The position numbers were made by a program, and so were the translations under genes. This document shows positions 1 through 8,140 of a DNA stretch of 31,035 nt, in pieces (positions within the stretch are counted from its first letter, which is position 1; each line of letters begins with the position of its first letter). The notes under the pieces are model-generated. The model searched no databases. It was not told where the DNA came from and worked only from the letters and a program-made list of their open reading frames with translations. The DNA is taken from contig JBFRWD010000026.1 of assembly GCA_051439425.1 (NCBI GenBank), positions 1-31,035 on the forward strand, read 5' to 3'. This stretch comes from Synechococcus sp. (lineage in GTDB: Bacteria; Cyanobacteriota; Cyanobacteriia; Thermostichales; PCC-7336).

Positions 1-94
1 GAGTCAGGTAAAGCTCTTCAGCAGCACGAGTGAAGCTGCGATGGCGAGCAACTGCTTCGAATACTTTTAATTGGCGCAGGGTGGCTTGTTGCAC
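1..94 (-). CDS. LysR-family transcriptional regulator, CmpR/CcmR(NdhR)-like; 5' fragment running off the window edge
   Basis: Not in the ORF track. Minus strand from GTG at 94 reads (M)QQATLRQLKVFEAVARHRSFTRAAEELYLT, the typical LysR winged-HTH start of cyanobacterial CbbR-like regulators. The paralog cannot be resolved from 31 aa. Confidence 0.9.
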   Translation of the reverse strand, partial: MQQATLRQLKVFEAVARHRSFTRAAEELYLT

Positions 95-317
95 GGGATC
101 TAAACTCGGGAAAGTGCCTTGGGAAAAACGAATGGGACATGAATGGGAGAACGTTAGTGTAGCGTATCGAACATCTATGATGCTTTTTCAGCGTGGACTG
201 TCATTTTTAGGAGAGTTCGCAACGCGTTCAACTGGGCAGTGGGCATCTAACCTTGAAGGGTGACTCGGTAAATCTAACGATCTTCAAGTATTATGATGCC
301 CAAAACAATGGAAACAT

Positions 318-331
318 GTAAATAATTTTAC
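318..331. promoter_or_regulatory. Possible NtcA-type palindrome GTA-N8-TAC
   Basis: GTAAATAATTTTAC in an AT-rich divergent intergenic region; CATAAT lies 22 nt away on the minus strand (290-295). Confidence 0.3.
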
Positions 332-465
332 TTAAATTCGAAAAATTCCTGAACTGTTTCTATGTCTGTCTGGGCAGCAGAGCGATCTGCCATTGGTGGG
401 GAGCCGTTCTGGGTAGTCCTCTGGGCTGATATGATGGGCTCGACTGCGATTGAGAACGTTTTGCT

Positions 466-654
466 ATGTCTGACGAGAACGCTAATTCGTCTTCAGTACC
501 TGACCAAGACACCCCTACCTCTGAGCCTCAGCGCTTTCCTGTCAGCATCCGCAAAGGATTGGTGATGCCTGAATCTAAGACGTCTATCGGCAATCGCCCG
601 ATTGCTTCGAACGAAGCAGAAGGTGAGGATGCTTTGATGGGGTATCTAGATTAG
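466..654 (+). CDS. Small cyanobacterial hypothetical protein (62 aa)
   Basis: ATG start; C-terminus GNRPIASNE...LMGYLD resembles a cyanobacterial hypothetical family that I recall carrying GNRP(I/V) motifs and ending in MG(Y/F)LD. Confidence 0.7.
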   Translation: MSDENANSSSVPDQDTPTSEPQRFPVSIRKGLVMPESKTSIGNRPIASNEAEGEDALMGYLD

Positions 655-751
655 AGAATATCTGGATTTTGGATGCTGGATAGGTATATCTACTAAACTG
701 TGCTATTTCTGGTAAGCAAGACTGACATTTGTCGCTACGAATAATACGTCA

Positions 752-866
752 AGCTTCTACTCCTGCTAGCCAAAAACTCGAGGCATTTCCTGCGGTTTTT
801 GGGTGAGCCTAACCTTCTTGATTGCGAGTTTAAGTGTATTGCTGGGCGACTAGTTGGAGTAGAGCT
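752..866 (+). ncRNA. Candidate structured RNA (three-way junction), family unknown
   Basis: Arms 752-769 and 850-866 pair and enclose hairpins 770-802 and 807-847; G-U pairs favour the + strand. Confidence 0.35.
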
Positions 867-1001
867 GCTAGCCCGTTGTCCGGTTCGTCTTGGAAGCTTC
901 TTTAAGTGTCGTCTTGCAGAGATGGCGCTCTCGAGGCAATGTTGGGAGGAGAAAGTGGGGCTACGGTGATGATGGATGGTAGAGACTGATGCACCTCCAC
1001 T

Positions 1002-1589
1002 ATGGCTTATTCCACCTCAGAGTTGATTGACATTTTAGATCGTGAGCTTCAAGCCAACTGGCGAGGAGAGCGGGTATTGCTATCTCCTGCCGAGCGTCTC
1101 AATAACCCAGCGATCGCGATGGCTCTCGATCCAGGCAAGCTGAGCAAGGTGTTTGCCTACCGAGAATTTAGAACTCGGATTCATGAATATCAGGTTGAGC
1201 ATAGAGTCTCTGGAATTGTTTGGCGTACATGCCGATTCGGCGATCGCGAATTGCACCTCCCAGAAATTCACAATCATCTGATCGCCATTGAGGGAGATAA
1301 GGAGATTTTGCAGGCGGCAAAGCCTGACGTGATTGGCTTTTGGCAAGATGTGACGAGTGGGATGAGATTCTGGCTATCGGATAAATCGCTTAGTTTGCTT
1401 GCTGAGAGCGACTTGGAGAAACGCATGAGTCGCTCTGAATGGGCCATTGTCGATGCTGCTCGTGAAGAGTTGTATTTGGGATTGTGCTGGGGCAAGCCGG
1501 AAGAGTGTTATTGCGATTGGGCTCGGCCGGAGTCGGGTTGCGACCGCGTGATCGCAGCGAAGAACCAGCCAAGTTCTGTCAAGGTTTAA
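1002..1589 (+). CDS. Hypothetical protein (195 aa)
   Basis: Clean ATG ORF with globular-protein composition filling the gap before convergent gcvT; contains HIP1 sites. Confidence 0.8.
   Translation: MAYSTSELIDILDRELQANWRGERVLLSPAERLNNPAIAMALDPGKLSKVFAYREFRTRIHEYQVEHRVSGIVWRTCRFGDRELHLPEIHNHLIAIEGDKEILQAAKPDVIGFWQDVTSGMRFWLSDKSLSLLAESDLEKRMSRSEWAIVDAAREELYLGLCWGKPEECYCDWARPESGCDRVIAAKNQPSSVKV
1110..1117. repeat. HIP1 octamer GCGATCGC (example of many dispersed copies)
   Basis: Other copies include 5033-5040, 8913-8920 and 26028-26035; HIP1 over-representation is a cyanobacterial hallmark. Confidence 0.9.
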
Positions 1590-1621
1590 GACTATGTGCG
1601 CCTTGGAAATAGTGGCACTTA

Positions 1622-2728
1622 CTATTTGAAGAATGGCCGTTTGACGGTGGTGGCCGGGCAGATTTTTCCGCGTACGTCGATCCCGATCTGCGCACCAGAT
1701 TTGGCTACGCTTGGGGGCAAATATGCGATCGCGATACCTTTTCCTAGCATGGGTGACTTTGTGCCGCTGACAACGGTTCCAATGGTTTCTCCATTCACGA
1801 TGACGTCATACCCCGGTCTTGCGATTTCACGGCCATCCATCACTACCCATGCCAGCTTACGAGACAGTCCTTCACGTTTTTGACGCTCCAGTACCGAGCG
1901 CCCGATGAAGTCTCCTTTGCGATCGAGATGGACCAGCCATCCTAGTGATGCTTCCAATGGACTCGTCTCGTCATCCATATCCTGTCCGTACAAATGCAAT
2001 GAGGATTCCAGGCGAAGGGTATCGCGGCAACCCAAGCCACAAGGGGTGACGCCAGCTGTCATTAGCTGTTCCCACAGCCAAGTTCCGGCAGAGATAGGCA
2101 ACATAACTTCGAATCCATCTTCTCCGGTGTATCCCGTTCGGGCGACGAACGCCTCTCCCCGATCCTCTTTAAGAGTGACTGTGGCATGGCAAAATTTGGC
2201 GATTGTTGCCAGATCGGTCTCTACTAGAGCTTGTAATGCTGTCTCTGACTGCGGCCCTTGGACGGCGAGCAAGATGCGATCGTCTGACAAATTCACTAGT
2301 TCCACATCCTCGAGATGTTGCTGTAGCCACATGCGATCCTTCTCGGTTGTTTCAGCATTCACAATCGTTGGCCACGATTCCCAATCGCTATGCTCTGCAT
2401 CCGCTCCAGCACAATACAGGATGAGATCGTCCACAATACCGCCGTTGTCGTTGAGCAGTACCGTATATCGGCCTTGGCCAGCCTCTAAGTCTGCCAGGTA
2501 CGATGGCACTAAGGTTTCGAGTTGGGCTCTAACGTTAGCCCCTCGCAGCACGAATTTGCCCATATGAGAAATATCGAAGACTCCAGCCTCCGATCTCACC
2601 GCGTGATGTTCGGCCAGTGTGCCAGAGTACTGCAACGGCATCTCCCAACCGCTGAATGGAACCATGCGTGCCCCTAATGCAACGTGGCGATCGTAGAGGG
2701 GAGTGCGAAGCAATGATTCGGAAGACAT
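1622..2728 (-). CDS. gcvT: Glycine cleavage system aminomethyltransferase T
   Basis: LLRTPLY...MVPFSGWEMPLQY, GVFDISHMG, ARTGYTGEDGFE, GLGCRDTLRLE, LYGQDM, C-terminal VKRPF. Confidence 0.97.
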   Translation of the reverse strand: MSSESLLRTPLYDRHVALGARMVPFSGWEMPLQYSGTLAEHHAVRSEAGVFDISHMGKFVLRGANVRAQLETLVPSYLADLEAGQGRYTVLLNDNGGIVDDLILYCAGADAEHSDWESWPTIVNAETTEKDRMWLQQHLEDVELVNLSDDRILLAVQGPQSETALQALVETDLATIAKFCHATVTLKEDRGEAFVARTGYTGEDGFEVMLPISAGTWLWEQLMTAGVTPCGLGCRDTLRLESSLHLYGQDMDDETSPLEASLGWLVHLDRKGDFIGRSVLERQKREGLSRKLAWVVMDGREIARPGYDVIVNGETIGTVVSGTKSPMLGKGIAIAYLPPSVAKSGAQIGIDVRGKICPATTVKRPFFK

Positions 2729-2794
2729 GGCAACTGGGGGGAGAGAGCAGGAAAGTTGGTTGAGCCGGTAACGCTAGTGCGTCAAGCCTAAGAC

Positions 2795-2842
2795 GATGGG
2801 TTGGGCTGGCAGCAACGTGATGGGTTGGGCTGGCAGCAGCGT
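2795..2842. repeat. 24-bp tandem duplication (2 copies, 1 mismatch)
   Basis: GATGGGTTGGGCTGGCAGCAACGT followed by GATGGGTTGGGCTGGCAGCAGCGT. Confidence 0.95.
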
Positions 2843-2974
2843 ATTGCAAGGTCCTTCCGGAAGGGGATACCTGAAAGGAAGTTTGATGTCCTGCCAGTAG
2901 CATCAGCAGATCTGGCAGAATCTGGAGCCAAGCTACCATGACAAGTGTCACGCCAGAGTCTGTGAGAGAAGCAC

Positions 2975-3403
2975 ATGCGAATTTTGCACACCATGCTGCG
3001 GGTGGGAGATCTAGATCGCTCCCTCCAGTTCTATTGCGACGTATTGGGGATGCAACTGCTACGTAAAAAAGATTATCCAGGCGGCAAGTTCACACTGGCA
3101 TTCGTCGGCTACGGGCCCGAGTCTGAGGGAGCAGTTATCGAGCTGACGCATAACTGGGATACTGACAGCTATGACATTGGCGATGGATACGGTCATGTGG
3201 CGTTAGGGGTTGATGATATTTACGGTACCTGCGACGCCATCAAGGCTCGTGGGGGAGAGGTCACCCGAGAGCCTGGGCCTATGAAACATGGCACCACCGT
3301 GATTGCCTTTGTGAAAGATCCAGATGGGTACAAAATTGAGCTGATACAGCGTAAAGAAGAACCCTCAACCCAGCCAGAAATGGCTGCTTCTGCTAGTTCG
3401 TAG
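2975..3403 (+). CDS. gloA: Lactoylglutathione lyase (glyoxalase I)
   Basis: [51 protein letters not shown]. Confidence 0.97.
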   Translation: MRILHTMLRVGDLDRSLQFYCDVLGMQLLRKKDYPGGKFTLAFVGYGPESEGAVIELTHNWDTDSYDIGDGYGHVALGVDDIYGTCDAIKARGGEVTREPGPMKHGTTVIAFVKDPDGYKIELIQRKEEPSTQPEMAASASS

Positions 3404-3460
3404 GCGAAGATAGAAGGCTTGTGTGTCAGCGATCGACCAATGCTTCTCAAGCCAATGTAA

Positions 3461-3497
3461 GCAAACGCGGGGTGGCAAGTAGCCACCCCGCGTTTGC
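3461..3497. terminator. Strong hairpin between convergent gloA and ccmK4, probable bidirectional terminator or 3' stabiliser
   Basis: Perfect 16-bp stem GCAAACGCGGGGTGGC / GCCACCCCGCGTTTGC with 5-nt loop AAGTA; no long U tract. Confidence 0.75.
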
Positions 3498-3542
3498 ATC
3501 AATATCAATAGAAAGAGCTTTGACGCGGACGAGCCGCCCAAG

Positions 3543-3890
3543 CTAACGTCTGCCTGGCAAGAACGAGCCGTTTTCAGTGGACTCGCGGAAGGGTAGAGAC
3601 TCTTCGGTGTATTCGATGGGCAGGATCGCCACAACGTTTTCGTGGGGGCGAGGAACGATCACCCAAGATTCTAATGAACCACCGGGAGCATTTTCAACGG
3701 CTGCAACGCCTGCATCCATGGCAATTTTTACTTCAGACACATCACCGCGAATGACGATGAAGAAGCGAGCACTACCGGCGCGGCTGTAGAACGTGAGTGT
3801 CACGCGGCCAGCTTTCACCATGGCATCCGCTGCTGCCAAAATGCCTGGGAACCCTTTTGTTTCCAGTGAACCAACTGCTTTCTGCGTCAT
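3543..3890 (-). CDS. ccmK4: Beta-carboxysome shell hexamer CcmK4 (BMC domain)
   Basis: AVGSLETKGFPGILAAADAMVKAG...RAGSARF...RGDVSEV...WVIVPRPHENVVAILP; lies downstream of ccmK3. Confidence 0.92.
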   Translation of the reverse strand: MTQKAVGSLETKGFPGILAAADAMVKAGRVTLTFYSRAGSARFFIVIRGDVSEVKIAMDAGVAAVENAPGGSLESWVIVPRPHENVVAILPIEYTEESLPFRESTENGSFLPGRR

Positions 3891-3998
3891 GCTAAAGGGT
3901 CTCCTTGGGCGTCAAACACTTATAAACTGGACAACTAAAACCTGAACAATGAAAACCTGAGCGAGTCAGAATTGAACGCACCAGCAATGAGGTGGAGA

Positions 3999-4307
3999 CT
4001 AACGGAAAGGCTCATCTGCCTCGGTGTAGTGGATCGGTAAAACTGATTCGATATTTTCGGGTGGGTTTGGAACGATGTAGTGATTCAACACCGAAGCTCC
4101 AACCGCTTGCTTATCTACTGCTTCCAAGCCTGCCGCCATTGCCTGATTGACCTCAGATACGCTGCCACGAATGGCCACAAAATACTGTCCGCTCTCGGAA
4201 CCAGCAAACGTTACAAGGGTGACCTTTGCCCCCTTCACCATGGCATCAGCAGCAGCCAGAACCCCTGGAAATCCAATGGTCTGGACGACGCCTACAGCAT
4301 CGGGCAT
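3999..4307 (-). CDS. ccmK3: Beta-carboxysome shell protein CcmK3 (BMC domain)
   Basis: MPDAVGVVQTIGFPGVLAAADAMVKG...VAIRGSVSEV...HYIVPNPPENI; the PNPPEN motif and pairing with ccmK4 are typical. Confidence 0.92.
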   Translation of the reverse strand: MPDAVGVVQTIGFPGVLAAADAMVKGAKVTLVTFAGSESGQYFVAIRGSVSEVNQAMAAGLEAVDKQAVGASVLNHYIVPNPPENIESVLPIHYTEADEPFR

Positions 4308-4435
4308 GAACGGGCTCCTCTGAGTTAGCAGACTTATTGTACGGAGTTTGGCTCAACCCAGGTAATTCCCGGGACAAACGTTACCTCCCCCCATGGTTAT
4401 CCGAATTTTCTTAACACTCTGTCAACACAGTTGAG

Positions 4436-4441
4436 ATTATA
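4436..4441 (-). promoter_or_regulatory. Candidate -10 box (TATAAT) for ccmK3-ccmK4
   Basis: Perfect TATAAT on the minus strand about 130 nt upstream of ccmK3, preceded by an A-rich tract; no consensus -35. Confidence 0.45.
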
Positions 4442-4627
4442 GGGGGTTTTATTTTCTTTATGGGTTGCTGACACAGGTCCCAAAGAATAGGAGCGCGATC
4501 GCTGCTTTAGTCTTCGAGTTTGGGTTCGAAAACATATTGGCAAAACGCAGGTAGAGTATTGTTGCACAAGGCATGTGAGGGCTCACGTTGTTGATTGAGG
4601 TGAAAGGACCCGATCGTTCTGCAACGC

Positions 4628-7006
4628 TTATCCTGGTGCGCTGGTGACTGAGCTTGAGAGTGTCGCAAGATCTCGGGCGCTAGCTGTGTACCACCTGCCT
4701 AAGTTTTCCAGCTCTCTCGCGACGGTTTGTGTCTTAGGAAATTGATGGCAGGGATACCCAAGAGATCGCAACCCAGCCACGATAGTAGATGGTGCCACCC
4801 ACCACTGTTGCCCTGTTTGCAATAGGTTGATGTCCCAAGCCTTGTTTAAATGTGCCTCCAGCCTCTGTTGTAATTCCTCTGCGGTTGGAATGGGAACGGA
4901 GTGAGAACAAATATAGATATGGTGCCCGTCAGGGGAAGCTGGAGTGGTGCGGGCTAGCAGCCAGTTGAGGTGGGTAAGAGATGGGGGCAATGTCCAGAAG
5001 ATAATCTGTCGATAGACCACTGCTGGATGGGGGCGATCGCAATGGACGCTGGGCGTCTGCGGCTTAGGGTGCCGGAAGCCGTACAGTAACTGATTGCCGG
5101 AGACGGATGGCAATTGACTGACGGATGAATCGCTAGGATTCCAGTTGGGATTATGCCAGTTGAGATTGTGCGTCACCTCTGGAGCCGCACTGTAATGTAG
5201 GGCAGGCTGCTGGCGCTTTTGAGGACGAATTTTCCTGTCAGGCTGGGAAGAACGCATCTGAGGATTTGGGTGAGTAGCGCGAATACCGTTTAATTCCAGC
5301 TCGATCGCCACTTCTCCCTGCCAGCGATTTTGCTTGAGCGAACACACTACATCTACGGTGTCGGGTAAGGGGAATTGTTCGCCTCCACGCCAGGCGATCG
5401 CCGTTTTAGGGACCCCTCCGCTTTGTTCGCGTAATTGAACTTTCAGGTGTGCCTTATCCTTACCAATCTGTCGCTGTTGAATGACGTTTAGATTGTGTAG
5501 GGCAAACACCGGCTCGCGATTGCCTATCCCGTATGGCTGCAACAATTGCAAGCAATCAAACAGTGCGGCATTGATGGTATCGAGAGCTAGATCGGCATCC
5601 ACATTGACTAGTGGAGTTAAATCCCCGGGTTCTAGAACATCGCGAGCATGTTCTTTCAGAGCAACTTGTAATTCAGGCCAGTGTTGAGCCTGCATGGAGA
5701 ACCCACCTGCCGCTGGGTGCCCACCAGATTTTTCAAATAGATCGCGGCAATACTGAATCGCTTCAAACACGTTGAATCCCGGTATCCCCCGTGCCGATCC
5801 TCGAATAGATTCCCCTTCAAGAGAACCGATAAACACGGGCACGCAATAGCGTTCCAACAACCGAGAAGCCACAATCCCGATCACTCCGTGGTGCCACCCC
5901 TCCCCCAGAATCGCCAAAATGCGATCGCGTTTGGGGTCAATACCTTCTTGCTCAATGCGAGCGATCGCTTCTGCTTCGATATCGCTGCACAACTGCCGTC
6001 GTTGCTGGTTCAGGCTTTCGCATTGCATGGCCTGTTCCAGTGCCACACCGTCGTCATCTGTGGTTAGTAACTCAATCACTACAGCCGGCTGCGCCAGGCG
6101 ACCCACCGCGTTAATCCGAGGCCCTAATCCAAACCCAATCGCTTCCGGTTGCAATGTTTCGCGGCGATCGCTTAACCCAGATACTTGCATTAATGCTTGT
6201 ATTCCCGCCATCTGAGAGTGGGGTAGCAGAGCTAGCCCTTGCTTGACCCAGCGGCGATTAATACCTGTCAACGGCGCAAGATCGGCAATGGTTCCCAGCG
6301 TCAGTAGCTCCAGCAGAGGACGTTCCAGCCGTTCCCGCTCTCCAAACTCTGCGGCTAGTTCTAAAGCTAGTAGGTAGGCTACTCCCACCCCCGCCATCCC
6401 GGCATAAGGAGACTCAGGTACCAGTTGCTTGGGGTTCAAGATGGCATCTGCGGGCGGAATGTCCTTAGGAATGTCGTGGTGGTCGGTGACGATGACGGCC
6501 AAGCCCAGCTGCTTGGCAAGGGCGATCGGTTCGATGGCCGCAATGCCGTTATCAACCGTGACGACAATCGAGACTCCTTGCTCGTGCAAATCGCGCACGA
6601 TTCTCTCGTTAATTCCGTAGCCTTCTGTCATGCGGCTGGGAATCTTGTATCGAGCTTTGCCCCCTAGTCGTCGAAATGTTCGTAAGAGTAGGGCGGTGCT
6701 GGTCATTCCATCCGCATCGTAGTCCCCACAAATCGCTATCTCATCTCCCCTACGAATTGCGCTGGTCAGTATCGTTACAGCATTAGTTAGGTCTATAAAT
6801 TCATCTTTGGGGTGAGGCAGTTTGGAACGAGTGGGGTCGAGAAATTCCTGCGGCGATTCCACATCGCGGTTTGCAAGTAATCGAGCCAACAGAGGGTGGA
6901 ATTGAGAATACGTTGGCAAGCAAGCCTCCAGTTCTGCTTGCAATTTAACCAGATGCTCGGCCTCAATAGTCTTAAATATCCACCGTTGTTCCTGCCGTTT
7001 AACCAT
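4628..7006 (-). CDS. recJ: Single-stranded-DNA exonuclease RecJ with C-terminal extension
   Basis: GDYDADGMTS, EGYG, TVDNG, TDHH, GTIADLAPL, PRINAVGRL, HHGVIGIVASRL, GSAR, GGHPAAGG, PYGIGN. Confidence 0.97.
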   Translation of the reverse strand: MVKRQEQRWIFKTIEAEHLVKLQAELEACLPTYSQFHPLLARLLANRDVESPQEFLDPTRSKLPHPKDEFIDLTNAVTILTSAIRRGDEIAICGDYDADGMTSTALLLRTFRRLGGKARYKIPSRMTEGYGINERIVRDLHEQGVSIVVTVDNGIAAIEPIALAKQLGLAVIVTDHHDIPKDIPPADAILNPKQLVPESPYAGMAGVGVAYLLALELAAEFGERERLERPLLELLTLGTIADLAPLTGINRRWVKQGLALLPHSQMAGIQALMQVSGLSDRRETLQPEAIGFGLGPRINAVGRLAQPAVVIELLTTDDDGVALEQAMQCESLNQQRRQLCSDIEAEAIARIEQEGIDPKRDRILAILGEGWHHGVIGIVASRLLERYCVPVFIGSLEGESIRGSARGIPGFNVFEAIQYCRDLFEKSGGHPAAGGFSMQAQHWPELQVALKEHARDVLEPGDLTPLVNVDADLALDTINAALFDCLQLLQPYGIGNREPVFALHNLNVIQQRQIGKDKAHLKVQLREQSGGVPKTAIAWRGGEQFPLPDTVDVVCSLKQNRWQGEVAIELELNGIRATHPNPQMRSSQPDRKIRPQKRQQPALHYSAAPEVTHNLNWHNPNWNPSDSSVSQLPSVSGNQLLYGFRHPKPQTPSVHCDRPHPAVVYRQIIFWTLPPSLTHLNWLLARTTPASPDGHHIYICSHSVPIPTAEELQQRLEAHLNKAWDINLLQTGQQWWVAPSTIVAGLRSLGYPCHQFPKTQTVARELENLGRWYTASARDLATLSSSVTSAPG

Positions 7007-7267
7007 ACAATCTCTGGCTAATGAATTATTGGTTTTCTAGACACAGTCATTTGGGCGAGAGAATCCCCCCTTAATCATGGCCATTCTGCTCCGCTGAAAC
7101 TGCGCAGTCGCTCCATCCGGGCCACTGACGTTTTGCGGTACAGTATGTTGCGACTGTTCAAAAATTTGCACCTTACGCAGGTTTGCATTGTTCAGATGTT
7201 TGTTCGCGCGACAGAGATTTTGGATCGCGCAGCATAGTCTCTGAGAATTGTGGAGTTCTAAATCGGA

Positions 7268-8026
7268 ATGCGGCGACGTCATTTTCTGCAAGCAACAGGT
7301 TTAGCACTGGGAGGATTGGGGATTAGCTTGCCAATGGCGAAGCAAACGCTAGCTCAAGCGACCTCACTGAATATTCGCTGGCTATTTCACAGTTGCGTCC
7401 TCTTTCAAGCGGATGATTTAACGATTCTGGTCAACCCATTTCGACCACTAGGGTGTACGGCAGGCTATCCCATTCCCGAAGTTCCTGCAGATTTTGTATT
7501 GCTCAGTAGTCGCTTGCTGGATGAAGGAGCTATCACATCAGTTGTTGGCAATCCACGAGTCTTGTTCGAAGCTGGCGATTTTCGCGTCGGTGGGTTGCGG
7601 CTCCAGGGGGTACGTATGCCCCATGACGCGTTGGGGGGCAACCAGTTCGGCTCCAATATTGCTTGGCGATGGACCATGGGTGGCATCGATATCGTTCACA
7701 TGGGAGGCGCTGCTGCATCGCTGTCTCGCGAGCAGCAAATTTTACTTAACCGCCCCGACCTGATGTTTGTTCCCGTTGGTGGTGGGCCGAAAAACTACGA
7801 TGCCGATGGAGCGATCGCTGCTATCGAAGCATTGAGTCCCAAACTCGTGATTCCCACGATGTATCGCACTGCAGCGGCTGGCGAGGGCTGCGAACTCACT
7901 GGTGTTGATGAATTCTTGCAAAAGCTGCAGGGAATTAGCACTACCACCCTATCCAGCAACCAACTGTCGCTTGTGGCCAATCAACTACCCGAGGCCGGCA
8001 CGATAGTGAATGTCTTTCCTTCTTAA
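7268..8026 (+). CDS. Metallo-beta-lactamase-fold protein with twin-arginine signal peptide
   Basis: MRRRHFLQ Tat motif, hydrophobic stretch and AQA; HSCVL, ILVNPF, PHD, IVHMG, PVGG, PKLVIP match the Zn-dependent hydrolase fold, but metal ligands are degenerate. Confidence 0.85.
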   Translation: MRRRHFLQATGLALGGLGISLPMAKQTLAQATSLNIRWLFHSCVLFQADDLTILVNPFRPLGCTAGYPIPEVPADFVLLSSRLLDEGAITSVVGNPRVLFEAGDFRVGGLRLQGVRMPHDALGGNQFGSNIAWRWTMGGIDIVHMGGAAASLSREQQILLNRPDLMFVPVGGGPKNYDADGAIAAIEALSPKLVIPTMYRTAAAGEGCELTGVDEFLQKLQGISTTTLSSNQLSLVANQLPEAGTIVNVFPS

Positions 8027-8140
8027 CCGTCTGACGTCTGGCCGGTCTCAAGTTAGCTAGATCTCAAGTCTTACAAAACAGGCTAGGAATCACAAGCCGC
8101 TCGCAGGTTGGGCACGATGGCATAGTTTCCAACAGCCGAT

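Noticed and set aside
30..263. 77-aa + strand ORF
   Set aside because: Antisense to the LysR N-terminus, which has a clear family motif.
1905..2567. 220-aa + strand ORF
   Set aside because: Antisense shadow of gcvT; Ser-rich with no motifs. The same applies to the other nested antisense ORFs in recJ, hmpF, the MCP, CheA, the lysozyme fusion and codA.
2795..2842. CRISPR array
   Set aside because: Only two directly abutting copies, no spacers and no cas genes.
2851..2877. Glycine riboswitch upstream of gcvT (minus strand CTTTCAGGTA...AAGGAC resembles the aptamer 3' end)
   Set aside because: The conserved GGAGA and CCGAAG cores are not present upstream, so the aptamer cannot be built; an Rfam scan would settle it.
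3937..3960. AAAACCTGA direct repeat between ccmK3 and ccmK4
   Set aside because: Two 9-mers only; too short to interpret.
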